DNA of 64,000 nt from Chloroflexota bacterium (GTDB lineage Bacteria; Chloroflexota; Anaerolineae; JAAYZQ01). The notes below the pieces were generated by a model. It had not been told where the DNA came from and made no database searches. It saw only the letters and a program-made list of their open reading frames with translations. The DNA lies in contig JAGVRI010000004.1 of assembly GCA_018606645.1 (NCBI GenBank), positions 142,625 to 206,624 of the forward strand, read 5' to 3'. Position 1 is the first letter of the stretch. Every line of letters begins with the position of its first letter. Both the position numbers and the translations under genes were made by a program. Shown in pieces: positions 42,057-49,964 of this stretch.

Positions 42057-43391
42057 TTACCGATCCTCCATCTCTCCCATCAGGTCATATTCCAGCGCTC
42101 CGGTGATCCGAACCGGGATCATCTCTCCAATCTGTACCTCAGACCCCTTGTCGGGAACGATCACCAGCCCATCGATCTCTGGCGCATCCCGGTACGAGCG
42201 GCCGATGATCAACCCGTCTCCCTGGCCTTCGACCAGGATGTCCAGCTTTCTTCCCACCTGCGCGCGGCTGATTTCGAAGGAAATCTGGCGCTGCACCTCC
42301 ATCAGCCGGTCCAGGCGTTCCAGCTTGACCGGTTCGGGCACCGGATTGGGCAGGGCGACCGCTGCCGTCCCCTCCTCCGCCGAATAGGCGAACGCGCCGA
42401 TCCGATCGAATCGAACCTCGGACACAAATTCAAGCAACGCCTCGAATTCTGCCTCGGTCTCTCCCGGGTAGCCGACGATCCACGTCGTCCGGAGTGCAAT
42501 ATCCGGCATCGCCGCCCGGAGATCGGCGATCAACCGTCGCGTCCGTTCCGGATCGGCCGGACGTTTCATCCGACGCAGGACATCGGGATGGGCATGTTGT
42601 AGCGGCAGATCGAGGTAGTGGCACACCCGCTGCTCGGCAGCCATCCGCTCGATCAGACGCGGGCTGACGTGGGTCGGGTAGGCATACATGAGGCGCAGCC
42701 AGCGGAGTTCAGGAACCGCGGTCAGGATTGATTGCATCAGATCCGGCAACGCATCGGGCTCCCCCCGGTCGCGGCCGTAGGCGGTCGTATCCTGGGCGAT
42801 GAGGATGATCTCTTTCACCCCCTGTTGCACCAGCTCCACCGCATCCCGGACCACCGACGCTACTGGCCGGCTGCGGGCCGGCCCTTTGATGAGAGGAATG
42901 GCGCAGAAGGCGCAGGGCGCGCTACACCCGTCGGCGATCTTGAGATAGGCCGACGCCCCCTGCCGGGCGGCCAGGAACCCGTCCACTTCTGTCGCCGGCG
43001 GGTCCCCTAATCGAGATAGAGGAGAGCGGGACTGCTCCTTCCGCCGCGCCCACACCTCCTCCACCACGGCGCCGATCTCGCTCCAGCGGCGGGTGCCCAA
43101 CAGGGCATCCAGGCCAGACACCTGGTTGACCAGCGCCTCGCCCCACCGTTGGGACAGACACCCGGCGGCGATCAGCACCTGGTCTGGGCGTTTCCGCCGC
43201 GCCAGTTTCTTCAGCGTACGGAGCGATTCCCGGCGGGCGTCCTCGATGAACCCGCAGGTGTTGACCACCAGCACCTGGGCCTTCCGGGGCTCATGGACCG
43301 GGATATGACCCAGACGTTCAAGGCGGCGGGCCATTTCCTGGCTATCCACCAGGTTCTTGGGACATCCCAGGGACTCGAAATAGAATCGCAT
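42057..43391 (-). CDS. rimO: Ribosomal protein S12 methylthiotransferase
   Basis: SLGCPKNLVDS, NTCGFI, CSAPCAFC and RDAPEIDG. Confidence 0.96.
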   Translation of the reverse strand: MRFYFESLGCPKNLVDSQEMARRLERLGHIPVHEPRKAQVLVVNTCGFIEDARRESLRTLKKLARRKRPDQVLIAAGCLSQRWGEALVNQVSGLDALLGTRRWSEIGAVVEEVWARRKEQSRSPLSRLGDPPATEVDGFLAARQGASAYLKIADGCSAPCAFCAIPLIKGPARSRPVASVVRDAVELVQQGVKEIILIAQDTTAYGRDRGEPDALPDLMQSILTAVPELRWLRLMYAYPTHVSPRLIERMAAEQRVCHYLDLPLQHAHPDVLRRMKRPADPERTRRLIADLRAAMPDIALRTTWIVGYPGETEAEFEALLEFVSEVRFDRIGAFAYSAEEGTAAVALPNPVPEPVKLERLDRLMEVQRQISFEISRAQVGRKLDILVEGQGDGLIIGRSYRDAPEIDGLVIVPDKGSEVQIGEMIPVRITGALEYDLMGEMEDR

Positions 43392-43574
43392 CTCCCCTTC
43401 AGATCAGTGAATGGCTGAACGAATCCCAATGATGGGGGATCGTTCGAGACCAGTGTACCATGGGGCGGGCGACTTGTCAAAGCCTGATCCGCCTCCCCAC
43501 GAACCCGTGTGGTAAACGTAGGGTGGTCGTCAATCTTTCATCCAGTACGCCGGAGCAATTTGGGGTATGATAGA

Positions 43575-43713
43575 GATGGTTCGAGAAAACTATATGCGGA
43601 GGTGAGCTAGGGTCGCAGACAGCCAAATACACGGGTTGTGAGTCTGGTATCTCTTCTCCTCCTTTTTAATTGAGAGCCAAGGGTTTGGGGCCGCCCTTGG
43701 CTCTCTCGATTTT
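43575..43713 (+). ncRNA. Candidate small RNA with CU-rich anti-SD tract and terminator
   Basis: TATGAT -10 at 43566; ctcttctcctcctttt; 12-bp hairpin gagagccaaggg/cccttggctctc; no ORF. Confidence 0.4.
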
Positions 43714-43764
43714 GGGCAACGGCTCACCTGACAAATCCCCACCGTTCGCCCAGGGCGGTTGCAA

Positions 43765-43865
43765 GTAGGGGCAAGGCATTCCCAGGAACGGCGTATTCCA
43801 GATGGTTCTGGCCAATTCGCGGCAATTCAAGTGGCAGGTGGTCACGGGGAATGCCTTGCCCCTAC
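43765..43865. repeat. GTAG-type REP doublet (REPIN-like)
   Basis: GTAGGGGCAAGGCATTCCC ... GGGAATGCCTTGCCCCTAC, a perfect 19-bp inverted repeat. Confidence 0.8.
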
Positions 43866-43909
43866 GGTGTCAATGGAGAATGTAAGTTCTACCATTCGCC
43901 CCAATAAAT

Positions 43910-44072
43910 TTGCCCAATCTGATAACCCATGCTATAATTTTTCATTTAGTAAAATCCAGATGATTGCCTTGCGTAAGATAGGCAGGGACGAGTGAGAGAA
44001 CCGGTTGACTGCGCCAGAAGAGCAAAACGGGCCCTGATGGAGCGGCGGTATCCATCAGGAGGCCCGTTTTTT
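43910..44072 (+). promoter_or_regulatory. pyr promoter and leader terminator (attenuator candidate)
   Basis: TTGCCC-N17-TATAAT; aaaacgggcc...ggcccgtttttt terminator before pyrC. Confidence 0.65.
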
Positions 44073-44081
44073 GAGGATTCC

Positions 44082-44114
44082 AGGCTTCCGAGGTCATTCA
44101 GGCTTCGGAAGCCT
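44082..44114. repeat. Short REP-like hairpin
   Basis: aggcttccgag...cttcggaagcct; same style as 53566..53599. Confidence 0.5.
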
Positions 44115-44134
44115 TTTATTGAGCGGAGGGATCG

Positions 44135-45196
44135 ATGGCAATCCTGCGCCTGCCAGGCCTGATTGATGTCCATGTCCACCTCCGCGAACCAGGGGGAGAA
44201 CAGAAAGAGGATCTGACCAGCGGCAGCGCCGCAGCGCTGGCCGGCGGAGTGACCATGCTCCTGGACATGCCCAACACGCACCCTCCCCTGGTCGATGCGC
44301 AGACCTTTGACCATAAATTTGCGCTGATCGGTCGCAAGGCCCTGTGTGATGTCGGTCTGTATGTCGGCGCGACCGAGACCAACGCGCTCCAGGCAGCGGC
44401 CCTGGCCCCCAGGGCGGTCGGGCTCAAGATCTATCTGGATCAAACCTATGGTCCGCTGCGCATGCGCGACCTGACGGCCATGCTGAGCCACTTTCGAGAC
44501 TGGCCGGAGGAACGGCCGATCGCCGTCCATGCCGAAGGCCTGTCGATGGCCATGGCCATCGGCCTGGCCCGGATTTTCGGCAAACGGCTGCATCTCTGTC
44601 ACGTCAGCCGCGCCGACGAGATGGCCCTCATCCGCGCCGCCAAGGGGTCCGGAATGCAATTGACTTGTGAGGTCACGCCGCACCACCTTTTCCTGACAGA
44701 GGCAGACGCTCGCCGGCTGGGCCCCTATGGTTCGATGAAGCCCCCTCTGGCGTCGGAGGCAGACCGCAACGCTCTGTGGCGCCATCTCGATCTGATCGAT
44801 TGCATCGCCACCGATCACGCTCCCCACACCCACGCCGAAAAGAGGGGGGAAGAGCCGCCTCCCGGCGTGCCTGGCCTGGAGACGATGTTGCCCCTGTTAT
44901 GGACAGCCGTGAGCGAGGGGCGCCTGACCGAGGAACGGTTAGTCGAACTGACCCATCATAACCCAAAACGAATTTTCCACCTCCCCATCCAGCCGGAGAC
45001 GTGGGTGGAGCTGGACCCCCGGGTCCAGGCGGTATTGAGCGAGGAAACCCTTCACACCCGGTGCCATTGGACCCCCTTTGAGGGCATGAGGGTCCGGGGA
45101 CAGGTGAGACGGGTGGTGCTGCGCGGCCAGACCGTCTTTGAGGACGGACGGGTCCGGGCCGAACCCGGGGTTGGAAGGGCGATCCAGCCTGAGTGA
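44135..45196 (+). CDS. pyrC: Dihydroorotase (CAD-like type)
   Basis: [35 protein letters not shown] and ATDHAPH. Confidence 0.9.
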   Translation: MAILRLPGLIDVHVHLREPGGEQKEDLTSGSAAALAGGVTMLLDMPNTHPPLVDAQTFDHKFALIGRKALCDVGLYVGATETNALQAAALAPRAVGLKIYLDQTYGPLRMRDLTAMLSHFRDWPEERPIAVHAEGLSMAMAIGLARIFGKRLHLCHVSRADEMALIRAAKGSGMQLTCEVTPHHLFLTEADARRLGPYGSMKPPLASEADRNALWRHLDLIDCIATDHAPHTHAEKRGEEPPPGVPGLETMLPLLWTAVSEGRLTEERLVELTHHNPKRIFHLPIQPETWVELDPRVQAVLSEETLHTRCHWTPFEGMRVRGQVRRVVLRGQTVFEDGRVRAEPGVGRAIQPE

Positions 45197-45242
45197 GGAT
45201 CCAAGCCATTATGTCTATGATATGATAGGAGGAATGTCGAGG

Positions 45243-46220
45243 ATGAGCGCAAGTAACGGTATCAAAACGGTGGGCCTGGCTCCCAGGCTGCATAATGGGT
45301 TTTACGGGAAGGATATCATTTCCGTCCGCCAGTTCAGCCGGGAGGACCTGGCCTACATCTTTGGCGTGGCCGACGAAATGCGGGCGGTGGTCAAGCGGGT
45401 CGGTTCGACCGATCTGCTCAAGGGACACGTCCTGGCCTGTGTCTTTTATGAACCCAGCACCCGGACCAGTTCCTCGTTTATCGCCGCCATGTCGCGCCTG
45501 GGGGGCAGCGTGATCCCGATCAATGAGGTGCGCTACTCGTCGGTCACCAAGGGCGAGAGCCTGCCCGATACCATCCGCACCTTGGAATCGTACGCCGATG
45601 TGATCGTCTTGCGGCATCCGGAAGTCGGGGCTTCGCAGGTCGCCGCTCAGTATGCCCGCAAGCCGATCATCAATGCCGGCGACGGCGTCGGGGAGCATCC
45701 GACCCAGGCGCTGCTGGACCTCTATACCATTCAGTCGGACCTAGGTCAGATTGACGGGTTGCACGTCGCCATGGTCGGCGACCTGCGCTATGGGCGGACG
45801 GTCCACTCCTTGGCGCGGCTGCTGTGCCTGTACGACGTGCAGATGACCTTTGTCTCTCCGGAGATCTTGCGCCTGCCGCTGGATGTGATGAACGAACTCA
45901 AGGCCCACGGCAAGTCGGTGCGCGAGACCTATGATGTCCAGGATATTATCGCCGAGGCCGATGTGCTGTACGTCACCCGGGTGCAGCGGGAGCGGTTCGC
46001 CGACCAGGCGCAATACGAAGCGGTCAAGGACTGCTATGTGATCACCCCGGAACTGATGCAAAAGGCCAAGGAACGGATGATCGTCATGCACCCCCTGCCC
46101 CGCGTCAACGAGATCAGCTACGCGCTGGATGACGATCCACGGGCCGCCTATTTCCGGCAGATGGAGAACGGGATGTACATCCGTATGGCCCTCCTGGCTG
46201 CCGTGTTGGGCAAGGCCTGA
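45243..46220 (+). CDS. pyrB: Aspartate carbamoyltransferase catalytic subunit
   Basis: [22 protein letters not shown] and HPLPR; AGGAGG SD. Confidence 0.96.
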   Translation: MSASNGIKTVGLAPRLHNGFYGKDIISVRQFSREDLAYIFGVADEMRAVVKRVGSTDLLKGHVLACVFYEPSTRTSSSFIAAMSRLGGSVIPINEVRYSSVTKGESLPDTIRTLESYADVIVLRHPEVGASQVAAQYARKPIINAGDGVGEHPTQALLDLYTIQSDLGQIDGLHVAMVGDLRYGRTVHSLARLLCLYDVQMTFVSPEILRLPLDVMNELKAHGKSVRETYDVQDIIAEADVLYVTRVQRERFADQAQYEAVKDCYVITPELMQKAKERMIVMHPLPRVNEISYALDDDPRAAYFRQMENGMYIRMALLAAVLGKA

Positions 46221-46246
46221 GCCGCCTTTCAAAGCCGGGAGGAATC

Positions 46247-47179
46247 ATGCATCCGCTGCGACCCGTTCTGCTGGCCCTGGCGCGCAGCGACCGGCTCCGC
46301 GAGTGGATGGTGGGCTTGGGCCTGGCCCGGTCGATGGCCCGCCGTTTCATCGCCGGCGAACGGCGCGAAGACGGCCTCCTCGCCGTGGAAGCCCTGAACC
46401 AGCAGGGGCTGCTGGCCACTCTCGACCACCTGGGGGAGAATGTGACCAGCGAGACCGAGGCCCGGGATGCGACGACCGAGGTCCTGGAACTGCTGGAAGC
46501 GATCGCTTCCCGGCGGCTTCGTTCCGGGGTGTCGGTCAAGCTCACCCAACTGGGCCTGGACCTCAGCCCGGCGCTGGCTGCTGAGAACCTGGAGCGCATC
46601 GTCGCTCTGGCGGCGGAGGTGGGCCGTTTTGTACGGATTGACATGGAGAGCTTTTCCTACGTCCAGCCGACGTTGGACCTGTTCGAGGAACTGTGGACCC
46701 GCTACAAAAACGTCGGGGTGGTGATCCAGAGCTATCTCTACCGCAGCGCCGAGGACGTGGCCCGGCTGGTGAGGATGGGCGCTTCCGTCCGCCTGGTAAA
46801 GGGGGCCTACAACGAACCACCCGAAGTCGCCTTCCCCCGCAAGGCCGACACCGACGCGAATTTTATCCGGCTGATGGAGCAGCTTTTCAGTGACGAGGCG
46901 CGGGCCAACGGCGTCTTTCCGGCCATCGCCACCCACGATGAAAAGCTGATTCGCTGGGCCCAGGAGCATACCCGGCGCCACGACATCTCTCTCGACCGCT
47001 TTGAATTTCAGATGCTCTATGGCATCCGGCCCGGGTTGCAACGGCAACTGGTAGCCGACGGCTATCGGGTGCGGGTCTATGTACCCTATGGGGAGTACTG
47101 GTACCCGTACTTTATGCGCCGCCTGGCCGAACGCCCGGCCAACCTCCTCTTCCTGGTGCGCAACCTGTTCAAAGGCTAG
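46247..47179 (+). CDS. Monofunctional proline dehydrogenase
   Basis: SVKLTQLG, RIDME, VRLVKGAY, IATHD, EFQMLYG and YFMRRLAERPAN. Confidence 0.93.
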   Translation: MHPLRPVLLALARSDRLREWMVGLGLARSMARRFIAGERREDGLLAVEALNQQGLLATLDHLGENVTSETEARDATTEVLELLEAIASRRLRSGVSVKLTQLGLDLSPALAAENLERIVALAAEVGRFVRIDMESFSYVQPTLDLFEELWTRYKNVGVVIQSYLYRSAEDVARLVRMGASVRLVKGAYNEPPEVAFPRKADTDANFIRLMEQLFSDEARANGVFPAIATHDEKLIRWAQEHTRRHDISLDRFEFQMLYGIRPGLQRQLVADGYRVRVYVPYGEYWYPYFMRRLAERPANLLFLVRNLFKG

Positions 47180-47209
47180 GATAGACGAGGGCAATGCCCT
47201 CGTCTATCC
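47179..47209 (+). terminator. Hairpin after proline dehydrogenase
   Basis: ggatagacgagggc-aat-gccctcgtctatcc. Confidence 0.6.
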
Positions 47210-47412
47210 GTCGGAATAAACTTTGTTCCCGGAATCAAGCCTCCAGGCGGTCATATCATGTGGTGTTCACCAACCGCAAGTTTAGGTGAAGCCTCGGCTT
47301 CCAAAAGACCGCGATTGTTGGATCTTAACAAATTGATACGAACATAGCCCGCCCGGCCACTTCACCCTTAATCATGAGCCAGGCCAGCATTCTCGCCTGA
47401 CGATGAACCACC

Positions 47413-47497
47413 GGGCTCAGTCAACCAAGCCCTACGGGCTGTTTGCCAGCCCCGAACGGGGCTTTGTTGGCTGAGCCCGCCGCTTCGAGCGGCGGGC
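47413..47497. repeat. REP-like composite palindrome
   Basis: gggctcagtcaac...gttggctgagccc and gcccgccgct/agcggcgggc; the core gctgtttgccagccccgaacgg recurs at ~37325. Confidence 0.6.
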
Positions 47498-47804
47498 GAA
47501 TGCACCGGAGGACGGATAAATCGTCGGGCTCCTGAGGATGTCCACGTTCATTTGTGAATCTGCAACAATCGCGCCTGAAGAGCCTTCGACTGGCCGTTGG
47601 CCTGCGCCGCAGCGTAGCGCAAGCCATAGGCTTGCGCTTCCTGGGTAAACCGAAGGTTTGCCCTACCCCCAGCCCAGCCGGCGCGGCTTCATCCGCCGGC
47701 ACCTTGTCATCCTTCGTGGTACCCCATGGGCATGGCATCTACTCCCGGGGGTGCTCGCCGTGGACGATCCTCCACCGCACGGCGCGCTCACGGGGTAGAA
47801 AAAA

Positions 47805-47876
47805 AGCGGGTGATGGGATGCGAACCCACGACAGCCTGCTTGGGAAGCAGGTACGCCACCGCTGCGTCACACCCGC
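47805..47876 (-). pseudogene. Degenerate tRNA-Gly(CCC) copy
   Basis: Identical to 49052..49123 except T-loop TTCGCAT (vs TTCGAAT) and D-loop GGTG (vs GGTA); promoter spacer deleted. Confidence 0.75.
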
Positions 47877-47910
47877 ATCGTTACTATAAGCGGAAAGTCA
47901 AATTGAGGGA

Positions 47911-47939
47911 TTGACTTTGCTCCCCCGTCATGATATAAT
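47911..47939 (+). promoter_or_regulatory. Near-consensus sigma70 promoter
   Basis: TTGACT-N17-TATAAT with extended TG. Confidence 0.8.
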
Positions 47940-48031
47940 GGAATTGCCTGCAAACCGAATGGGGTTAGCCAAGCAGTATGTGAGTGTTCCCAAATTATCC
48001 CAAGAATGTGCTGATTAAGGAGGAAACCGAC

Positions 48032-48613
48032 ATGAAACGTGTGTTGTTTGCAACCGTCGCCCTGGTCATGCTGCTGGGCTCGTTTAGCACCGCCTTTGCC
48101 GCCGAACCGCAGCGGACTCAGGTCATCCCGGCGACGCTGGGTGAGGTCTGGTGGCATTATTATCCCTTCGGAGTCCCCAACCTTCGGGTGGACGCCTATC
48201 TCTATCGCCCCTCGACGGAGGCCGGCTGGCCATTCGCCGGCGGACCGGTCACTGGCACCTGGTGGTGGACGGGGCCGGACTCGGAGATGCGCCGCCAGTC
48301 GTGGCCAAAGTGGCAGTACACCGATGAGTGGGGCTACTACTTTGCCATGTTCATGCTCCCCCGCGACGAGGTCTGGTATCCCTGCAGCTTCCCGCTGAAG
48401 TGGAAGTGCAACTATGTGGTCGATCCCTTCACCGTCGAGTATCACTCGCCGGTCAACATGGTTTATGATCCGGGTCTGTCCTGGCCGTGGGCGGTAGACC
48501 CGCAGGACACCGTCTCGCCGCTGGAACTCTATCTGATTTCCGAACTTGGTACGGGATGGATCATCCCCTTCGAGATTATGGGCATGTACTGGAAGTGGAG
48601 CGACATCCCATAA
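48032..48613 (+). CDS. Secreted Trp/Tyr-rich protein, paralogue 1 (unknown function)
   Basis: AAGGAGG SD; signal peptide ending AFA; 193 aa; one Cys pair. Confidence 0.85.
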   Translation: MKRVLFATVALVMLLGSFSTAFAAEPQRTQVIPATLGEVWWHYYPFGVPNLRVDAYLYRPSTEAGWPFAGGPVTGTWWWTGPDSEMRRQSWPKWQYTDEWGYYFAMFMLPRDEVWYPCSFPLKWKCNYVVDPFTVEYHSPVNMVYDPGLSWPWAVDPQDTVSPLELYLISELGTGWIIPFEIMGMYWKWSDIP

Positions 48614-48650
48614 TCCAGTCTGTATTGGCTGACTGAAATCCGGGGAGGAG

Positions 48651-48684
48651 GCAAAGACGTACCCCGCCTGGGGTACGTCTTTGC
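48651..48684 (+). terminator. Terminator-like hairpin of paralogue 1
   Basis: gcaaagacgtacccc-gcct-ggggtacgtctttgc. Confidence 0.7.
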
Positions 48685-48693
48685 TTGGTCTTT

Positions 48694-48906
48694 GGCTTCG
48701 GTCAGCCGGCAGATCGGGCCTGAGGGCGCGGAAGAGGCAGACACAATGCCCAGCCAACAGAGTGGTGGTCAGCAAGTCCCCGATTAATGCGCCCTCCATC
48801 CGATCCAATGCCTGAGTCAGAGGGACACGTTCCACTGGCTGTGTCGTGGATACTCCAACTGGCGGTCTGGTAAGGCAGTGAGCCAGCGTTTGACCGGCGT
48901 TGCCTT
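48694..48906 (-). pseudogene. Two fused fragments of the helicase-associated gene
   Basis: Aligns to 40023-40193 and 40433-40484, joined at ccaact. Confidence 0.85.
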
Positions 48907-49009
48907 TTTCAGATGCTCTATGGCCTCCGGCCCGGATTGCAGCGGTAACTGGTGGCCGACGGCTATCGGGTGCGGGTCTATGTGCCTTATGGGGAGTACT
49001 GGTACCCGT
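48907..49009 (+). pseudogene. Fragment of the proline dehydrogenase 3' region
   Basis: Aligns to 47006-47108; CAA changed to a TAA stop. Confidence 0.9.
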
Positions 49010-49051
49010 GGACGATCGTCCGCCGCATGGCGCGCTCACGGGATAGAAAAA

Positions 49052-49123
49052 AGCGGGTGATGGGATTCGAACCCACGACAGCCTGCTTGGGAAGCAGGTA
49101 CGCTACCGCTGCGTCACACCCGC
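49052..49123 (-). tRNA. tRNA-Gly(CCC)
   Basis: GCGGGTG/CACCCGC acceptor, T discriminator, cctgc-ttCCCaa-gcagg, GGTTCGAATCC. Confidence 0.93.
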
Positions 49124-49134
49124 ATCTATCAATA

Positions 49135-49201
49135 ATTATAGACCAAACAGGACGGAAAGTCAATTTGAGGGATTGACTTTGCTCCCCCGCCATGCTATAA
49201 T
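49135..49201. promoter_or_regulatory. Back-to-back sigma70 promoters (tRNA-Gly and paralogue 2)
   Basis: TTGACT-N17-TATAAT on both strands (minus 49135-49163; plus 49173-49201). Confidence 0.8.
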
Positions 49202-49293
49202 GGAGTTGCCTGCAAACCGAATGAGGTGAGCCAACCAGACTGTAGGTGTTCCCAAATTATCCCAAGAACGTGCTGATTAAGGAGGAAACTGTC

Positions 49294-49878
49294 ATGAAGC
49301 GTGTGTTGTTTGCAACCGTCGCCCTGGTCATGCTGCTGGGCTCGTTTAGCACCGCCTTTGCCGCCGAACCGCAGCGCGTCCAGCAGGTCATCCCGGCGAC
49401 GCTGGGTGAGGTCTGGGGGTTCTATTTTGACTTTGGAATCCCTGGCCTGCGGGTAGACGCCTATCTGTATCGCCCCTCGACGGAGGCCGGCTGGCCGTTC
49501 GCCGGTGGACCGATCACTGGCACCTGGTGGTGGACGGGGCCGGACTCGGAGATGCGCCGCCAGTCGTGGCCGAGTTGGCAGTACACCGATGAGTGGGGCT
49601 ACTACTTTGCTATGTTCATGCTCCCCCGCGACGAGGTCTGGTATCCCTGCAGCTTCCCGCTGAAGTGGAAGTGCAACTATGTGGTCGATCCCTTCACCGT
49701 CGAGTATCACTCGCCGGTCAACATGGTTTATGATCCCGGTCTGTATTGGCCGTGGGCGGTAGACCCGCAGGACACCGTCTCGCCGCTGGAAGTGTACCTG
49801 ATTGACGAACTCGGCGGGGGGTATATCATCCCCTTCGAGATCATGGGCATGTACTGGAAGTGGAGCGACATCCCATAG
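49294..49878 (+). CDS. Secreted Trp/Tyr-rich protein, paralogue 2 (unknown function)
   Basis: Near-identical to 48032..48613; 194 aa; AAGGAGG SD. Confidence 0.85.
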   Translation: MKRVLFATVALVMLLGSFSTAFAAEPQRVQQVIPATLGEVWGFYFDFGIPGLRVDAYLYRPSTEAGWPFAGGPITGTWWWTGPDSEMRRQSWPSWQYTDEWGYYFAMFMLPRDEVWYPCSFPLKWKCNYVVDPFTVEYHSPVNMVYDPGLYWPWAVDPQDTVSPLEVYLIDELGGGYIIPFEIMGMYWKWSDIP

Positions 49879-49919
49879 TTCAGTCTGCATTGGCTGACTG
49901 AAATCCGGGGAGGAGGCAA

Positions 49920-49945
49920 GGACGTACCCCAGGCGGGGTACGTCC
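49920..49945 (+). terminator. Terminator-like hairpin of paralogue 2
   Basis: ggacgtacccc-aggc-ggggtacgtcc. Confidence 0.65.
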
Positions 49946-49964
49946 TAAATTTTGTGTAGCGAGG

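Noticed and set aside
47251-47289. IS200 TnpA remnant (translates SYHVVFTNRK)
   Set aside because: Only a short motif followed by a stop, with no HUH or Tyr motif seen; too weak to call.
47413-47497. IscB/TnpB omega-RNA (gtcaac... start, IS605-like hairpin)
   Set aside because: No IscB or TnpB ORF nearby; the structure fits a REP palindrome.
47805-49123. Integrative element bounded by tRNA-Gly attL/attR
   Set aside because: The whole tRNA plus flanks is duplicated, there is no integrase, and the intervening DNA is host-gene debris, which is better explained by tandem duplication.
48032-49878. Diversity-generating retroelement (template/variable repeat pair)
   Set aside because: Differences are not adenine-restricted (e.g. 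ccc/gac, tgg/ggg, ctt/ctg), both copies are full genes with promoters, and there is no reverse transcriptase in the window.
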